Assembly: GCA_951406725.2 (NCBI GenBank)
Contig: OX597832.1
Location: 25,482,001 to 25,546,000, forward strand
Direction of reading: 5' to 3'
Length of the DNA stretch: 64,000 nucleotides
Origin: Octopus vulgaris
Taxonomy: Eukaryota
Shown here: positions 57,732 to 64,000 of the stretch, piece by piece
Position numbering within the stretch: position 1 is the stretch's first letter
Layout of the letters: every line of letters starts with the position of its first letter
Position numbers and translations under genes: made by a program
The notes under the pieces: model-generated
Databases searched by the model: none
Told to the model about the DNA's origin: nothing
The model's input: only the letters and a program-made list of their open reading frames with translations

Positions 57732-57762
<31 letters not shown>

Positions 57763-57787
57763 TGATGAACGTATGTTAAACATACGT

Positions 57788-58034
57788 GTGGAGGCGCGTG
57801 GGTTAGTGGTTAGGGTGTTGAACTCATGATCGTAAGGTTGTGGTTTCGATTCCTCGACCGGGCGACGCGTAGTGTTCTTGAGCAAAACACTTAATTTTCT
57901 CGTTGCTCCAGTTCACTCAGCTGGCAAAAATGAGTAACGCTGCGATGGACTGGCTTCCCATCCAGCTGGGGATTTTCTACGCCACTGAAACCGGGAAACC
58001 GGCCCTTATGAGCTTGGCATGGCTCGAGAAGGAA
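57788..58034 (+). mobile_element. SINE group C subfamily with CORE-like centre
   Basis: A box TGGGTTAGTGG, B box GGTTTCGATTCC, GTGTTCTTGAGCAAAACACTT, tail GAAACCGGGAAACCGGCCCTTATGAGC...CTCGAGAAGGAA. Confidence 0.88.
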
Positions 58035-58040
58035 TATTTA

Positions 58041-58311
58041 GTGGAGGCACATGGCCTAGTGGTTAGAGCAGTGGTCTCGCGGTCGAGGGATCGTGGGTTC
58101 GAATCTCAGACCAGGCGATGTGTGTGTTTATGAGCGAAACACCTAAGCTCCACGCGGCTCCGGCAGAAGGTAATGGCGAACTTCTGCTGACTCTTTCGTC
58201 ACAACTATCTCTCACTCTTTCCTCCTGCATCTTGCAGCTCATCTGCGACAGACCGGCGTCCCCGTCCAGGTGGGGAACTTATACACCAAAGAAACCGGGA
58301 AACCGGCCCTA
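58041..58311 (+). mobile_element. SINE group C, tail variant 2
   Basis: Reverse complement of 23277-23559; directly in tandem with the 57788 copy. Confidence 0.9.
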
Positions 58312-58521
58312 TACGTAACTTTTGTGCATGCCTCCATAACAATGTATGTACACGTGCAGGACACGGACATATATGTATAACTTATAAAACAAGGGCAAAA
58401 GAAAAAAATTCTAATGCCAAATATGCCGAAAATAGACAAATTGTCAATAACCATTATAATTTATCACTATTAACATGCGTCTCAAAACAAGCCGATAGAA
58501 ATTTCTAAAAAAATTCCGTTA

Positions 58522-58582
58522 TTACCGTATTGGTCCCAATTTCAGAGTTAATTCATAAGAATTTTCCCCTCCTCAGCGATAA
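58522..58582 (-). ncRNA. Type I hammerhead ribozyme motif
   Basis: Minus strand TTATCG-CTGAGGA-GGGG-AA-AATTC-TTAT-GAATT-AA-CTCT-GAAA-TTGG-GA-CCAA-TA-CGGTAA; all three stems pair. Confidence 0.8.
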
Positions 58583-58849
58583 ATACGTAAGACATAAATG
58601 AAATACTTACTCATACCCATGGAAAAAGCAAGCGCTAACTCCTGAGCAGACCTAAGTACCCTAAATATATCCAAAATAGAAAATCTTCAGCACATCTCGA
58701 GGCACATGTGATTCGAACTAGTGAATACTATTAAATTTACATCTAATATAGGATAAAATTATTTTAATTAACTTTTTGTGTGTGAGGGGGGCGTGTGTAT
58801 ATGGGTGTGCGTGGCGTAGGTGTTAGTATCTGTTTGTGTGTATGGGTGT

Positions 58850-59045
58850 TGTGTTTGGTTCTCACCATCGTTTGACAACCGTTGTTGGTTTTTTTATGTT
58901 CCTTTGACTTATTGGTTCGGCAAATAGACCGATACAATAAGAACCAGAACAAAAAAAAATAAAAACATCTTAGTAAATACTACAGTCGATTTGTTCGATT
59001 AAATTCTTCACCGCGGTGCCCCAGCATCGCCGCAGTCCATTGATA
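58850..59045 (+). mobile_element. SINE group B 3' half (diverged)
   Basis: GGTTCGGCAAATAGACCGATACAATAAG...GCGGTGCCCCAGCATCGCCGCAGTC. Confidence 0.75.
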
Positions 59046-59119
59046 TAAACACATAACAGATAAAAGATTATAAGCAAATATATAAATATATTCAGAAGTT
59101 AAACACGTATAGTAATATA

Positions 59120-59158
<39 letters not shown>

Positions 59159-59374
59159 GTATACACACACACACACATATCTTCTATATAAAACCAGCAT
59201 ATTTATATACATACACACACACATATATATGTACGTATAGGTATATGTGTATGTATAGATATATGTATAGATATATGTATATGTATATATATATATGCAT
59301 ATATATATATACTTATATATATACATCCATCCATACATACATACATGCATACATACATACATATATATACATAG

Positions 59375-59447
<73 letters not shown>

Positions 59448-60566
59448 CACACACATACATATGGCGACGTAAGGCGTCGCTATTTAACAGCAGCATGCCA
59501 AGACACGTCCAATACTTAATACTTTAAAAAGATTAAGTCATGTGTCCCGCTTCCTTCCCCGAACTCTTAACCTAATAACATGCTCCACTGTCAAGATCAA
59601 GTTTACACTGGTTTTTAATAAACAAACAAAAAAAATTCCACATTTTGAGTGTACGGTTTTACAACTCCTATTACGATTACTGGTTCTCTTCTTCTCCAAC
59701 ATATATTTATATATATATCGTCTGTTTCACGTATATCGATCAGGTTATAGGATGTTCAAATGCAACGCTTGTACCATGGATTCTTAACAGCCTCTGGTCG
59801 CTTGGATTTGACTTCGACGCCGTGAACGGTTCCGATTGACCTATAGATTACGGAGGCCTATTTTATTTCCTCGTTTTGTTTTAGTTTCCAAACGATGTCC
59901 CCGCTGCTGGCTTGGCTTGGCCAGGCTAGGTAGGCAGCAGGCCATGATTAACTCTTCAGTTTAGCTTAGATTCCAACCTCTAAGCGAACAAACAACAAAC
60001 TACCAGATCGCCGTTTTGGTGTGACTGTCTTTCCGTAGGGAACAATAGCGCGGTACACTTTTATTTTGGTGTGACCTGCCAGAGCATATATATATAACCC
60101 CACCACCAGAGCTGCCTAAACAACCATTGGCACAGTTACGTCCTTACGAATCACTGAAGCAAGGTTTTGGAACACACACACACTTAATGACTATCGTTTG
60201 ATTTCTTCGGGATTTTTATGTCTACAACAGTAAATTCGTACTTCAGAGTTTTGATAAGGTAAGGAAGGAAACCACCTTTTATTATTATGTTTCTTTTTGT
60301 TGTTGTTGTTAATAATTTAGCTGAGTATATGGTGAAAGTTAGAGTCCGTGACCGTAGCCCTCTTATGTAAGATTGTTGCTACTGCTGCTACTACTGCTAC
60401 CACTGCTTCAAGTACTGCTACTATTGCTGTTGTTATTACTACTACTACTACTACTATTGCAGTTGCTCCTGCTGTTGTTACAAAGTGTTGTAAAGTGTGA
60501 TGGAATACAATTCTACAACAAACCATTGATCTATCTGACTGTATCTCTGACAAACTATCAATGCAT

Positions 60567-60630
<64 letters not shown>

Positions 60631-60679
60631 TTGTCTGTCTGTCCGACACCTCTGCCCGACCTTTCAGGGGTAATTTTTA

Positions 60680-60945
60680 AGTGAGACTGACCACGCTGTT
60701 TGTAACCTCGTCCCAGATCTTACCCAATTGGAGGTTCGGATCAAACCAGACACTGAGTAATTTCAACGGTCCGTCTGTCCGTCGACCTACTATGGTGTTC
60801 GCTGGCTTCTCTAGTTGCCGAGATGCAGGCCTACGGGCTTGTTTGGATTAATCTTGTCTCCTAGCTCCTGCCATCGCCTTGTATTCCTTTAGAATGGAAT
60901 CGACTACCTGAAACTCCGTGGTGACTGACACCATGACCGTGAACA
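60680..60945 (-). mobile_element. L1/Tx1-like LINE RT fragment (decayed)
   Basis: Minus strand TVMVS...ILKEYKAMAGA..KINPNK.VGLHLG...DGPLKLLSVWFDPNLQLGKIWDEV resembles the post-YADD region of Tx1 RT. Confidence 0.6.
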
Positions 60946-60949
60946 ATAA

Positions 60950-61115
60950 TTCTTTCTATTATTGGTACAAGGTTTGGGGGAGGGGGATACATCGACTACA
61001 TCGACCAAATAATTGTCAGGTACTTATTTCATTCATTCCGGAAGGATGAAGGGCAAAGTGGAACCCGGTGGAATTTGTACGTAAAGAATGCCGCTAAACA
61101 CATTATCCAGCACCG
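60950..61115 (-). mobile_element. SINE group A (old copy)
   Basis: GAAGGATGAAGGGCAAAGTGGAACCCGGTGGAATTTG is the reverse complement of the group A central domain. Confidence 0.7.
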
Positions 61116-61243
61116 GAATATGAAAGCGGCCCATCTGGAGCTATAGGTTATTTTTTAACTGCTAGTTATTGTACGATACAAGCCACGAATACATACAACT
61201 CTCTCTCTCTCTCTCTCTAGTCTCTATATATATATATATATAC

Positions 61244-61397
61244 ATATATTAAGGGCATTACTATACATAAATGCCTCACGCTAGGACTCTTAAAGTCAAA
61301 ACCACTATACATTGTACAATGTGGTTATTATAGCAGTTTTGACCTTAAGAGTCCCTCCTAGCGTGAAGCATTTATGTATAGTAATGCCCTTAATATA
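61244..61397. repeat. Hairpin/MITE-like palindrome (~65-bp arms) in (TA)n
   Basis: TTAAGGGCATTACTATACATAAATGC.TCACGCTAGG ... CCTAGCGTGA.GCATTTATGTATAGTAATGCCCTTAA. Confidence 0.9.
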
Positions 61398-61493
61398 TAT
61401 AAAATATATTTAAAGCGTATGATTAATAGATTTCCCTTATGAGGTTTTTCACGCTAACTACTTGATAAATTCTTATAAAGATTTTATCCCATA

Positions 61494-61566
<73 letters not shown>

Positions 61567-62475
61567 TGTATATACACCTATATACCTATATATATATATA
61601 TTTATTTTGGTATATACGTTTATTTTTATTCACATGTGTGCTTATAGATAAACATTAAGAAACCTAAGAGCCACAGTGAAATAATAGAACAAAGAAAAAT
61701 TCAGAAAAATATTCCACCATAAAGACTTCAAGAAAATATAAGAGAGCAAATATATTAAGGTTTTATTTTAACATTTAAAATGTTACCCTACATTTGAGAA
61801 GGTCAGGCTACCAATATATACGTATATACATACATATACACACGCACACACACATACATACATACATACACACATATATGTATGTATAAATATATATATA
61901 TATATATATATATGTATTTATATATGCAGGCATGTACTTATACATACATGTGTGTGTGTGTATTCAAAAATTTAAGATGCATGTATGTATGAGTATGTAT
62001 ACATATAAATGTACACAGGCACGCGCGCGCACACACTTATGTATATACACACAGTCAAATTTCACCAACTCACGCGGAAGCATACATTTATCTCCGTTCG
62101 TGTGCTTATGTATATATACCTGTGTGTGTATGTGTATCTTTGTGTGTGTGTGTGTGTATGTGAGTGTTTGTGTGCGTTTGTGTGTTTGTTAGTGTGTGTA
62201 TTTTTGTTTGTGTTTTTGTGTGTGTATGTGTTTGTGTATGTGTGTGTGTATGTGTGTCTGTCTGTTCGTCTGTATTTGTGAAACAGTCAAAAAACCAGGC
62301 AGAAAATAAAAGAGTTCGCTAACGAGAAAGAAATACTTTGCAACCATTTTCTTCCCCTAAAAGTGTGTGTGTGTGTGTATGTGAGTGTTTGTGTGCGTTT
62401 GTGCGTGTATTTATGTGTGTGTTTGTATATGTATGTTTGCTTGTGTTTTTGTGTGTGTATGTTTGTTTGTGTGTA

Positions 62476-62518
<43 letters not shown>

Positions 62519-62765
62519 TTGTGAAACAGTCAAAAAACCAGGCAGAAAATAAAAGTTTTCGCTAACAAGAAAGAAATACTTGTGCAGCCATTTTTCTCCT
62601 ACAAGTGTGTGTGTGTTTGTGCATGTTACATGCATGTGTATGTGTGTGTATGTGTGTGTGTGCATGTGTGTGTATGTTTATGCGTATGTTTGTGTGCAAA
62701 TACGAGTATGCATCTATGTGTCTGTTTCCTCTCCTTACTATGTCTAACACAATATCCCTTCCTAA

Positions 62766-62797
<32 letters not shown>

Positions 62798-62815
62798 CCT
62801 TCTCTGAGAAATATA

Positions 62816-63051
62816 CAGGCGGCCCAACAGTAGGTTTACACTTATTCAACTATGTCTTTCGCATTCATATATTAACAGTTTAGATCTTAATTATAAAAAA
62901 AAAATGAAACCATTATTCTATGCTAATATATTTAATTTTCTCAAGGCTCCTTCTTCAGTTTGTAAGATAGAAATTTAAATATAATAAAATGATTTAAAAG
63001 AAATTTAAAATGCCTACGTGATATCTGTAAACCTACTTTTGGGCCAACCTG
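62816..63051. mobile_element. Tc1/mariner-type MITE
   Basis: TA-CAGGCGGCCCAACAGTAGGTTTACA ... TGTAAACCTACTTTTGGGCCAACCTG-TA. Confidence 0.85.
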
Positions 63052-63407
63052 TATATATATACTCTCTCGTTGCTCACACGTGACCATCGTCCCTCTTTCT
63101 TCTCCTCACGTGATCATCTGCGGAGGGAGGCCTTGTTTTCGTTGTTGCCACTAGGAGAAATCAATTAATGAATATTACTTCGCAAAGAGTTAACTCTATT
63201 AAACACAATAGTCACCGTACAAGGTTTTTCTGACCGTCTGGCCCTAGAATCCCAACTACCTCATTACACCATATGTGAGAAATCTAAAGAGTGCAGACCC
63301 ATCTATGGAACATAAGTGATGTATATGCCAAGCGTGAAGGAAATTGGATGAAAAATATTGATTTTAAGTGGGATCAAGTAAATGGCCTGTCACACACACA
63401 CACGCAT

Positions 63408-63475
<68 letters not shown>

Positions 63476-63564
63476 ACATATACATATGCATATATATATA
63501 CATATACATATACATACACACACACACACACATATATATATATACATATATATGTGTGTGTGTG

Positions 63565-63768
63565 TGTCTGTTTGTTCCCCCAACACCGCTTGACATCCGA
63601 TGTGTTTATGTCTCCGTAACTTAGCGATTCAGCAAAAGAAACCGATAGAATAGGTATTTGGTTTACAAAGAATAAGTCCTGGGGTCGTTTTCTTCGACTA
63701 AAGGCGGTGCCCCAGCATGGCTGCATTCAAATGACGGAAACAAGTAAAAGAATAAAAAAGTAAAAGAA
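63565..63768 (+). mobile_element. SINE group B 3' half
   Basis: Colinear with 34325-34540. Confidence 0.88.
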
Positions 63769-63798
63769 TATACATACATGCTTATATGTATACATACA

Positions 63799-63846
<48 letters not shown>

Positions 63847-64000
63847 CGCGCGCACACACAGAAAAAGAGAAAAGAGCGCCGTGTGGGTGACATCTAAGTC
63901 TGGGTGTTTCTCTATATATTTATACTGTGTATTCCCACACTGAGTGGAACATAGCGAACCATACTGAATTCACAGCGCATGCGTGGGATACTAGCGGCTT

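Overview
AT-rich eukaryotic DNA dominated by microsatellites ((TA)n, (CA)n, (TACA)n, (TAGA)n, (TAA)n, (CAT)n, (CAC)n, (AAG)n). The repeat content strongly suggests an octopus (coleoid cephalopod) intergenic or intronic region; this is an inference. No host protein-coding gene is recognisable, and almost all listed ORFs are translations of simple repeats. The real content is mobile DNA: R4/Dong-type restriction-endonuclease LINEs sitting in (TAA)n arrays, Penelope (GIY-YIG) remnants, Tx1/CR1/L2 fragments, mariner and maT transposase relics, MITEs and long palindromes, and three tRNA-derived SINE groups. The most notable signal is about a dozen type I hammerhead ribozyme (HHR) motifs from several unrelated families. 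These include (i) a 358-bp unit with an 82-bp terminal direct repeat around an HHR (45997-46436), the footprint expected of a retrozyme copied from a circular RNA; (ii) a TSD-flanked element joining a tRNA-like Pol III head to inverted HHR-bearing termini (55712-56158), a candidate Penelope-mobilised SINE; and (iii) near-intact HHRs at 56185-56267 and 58522-58582. All structures were read by eye; coordinates of degenerate repeats are approximate.
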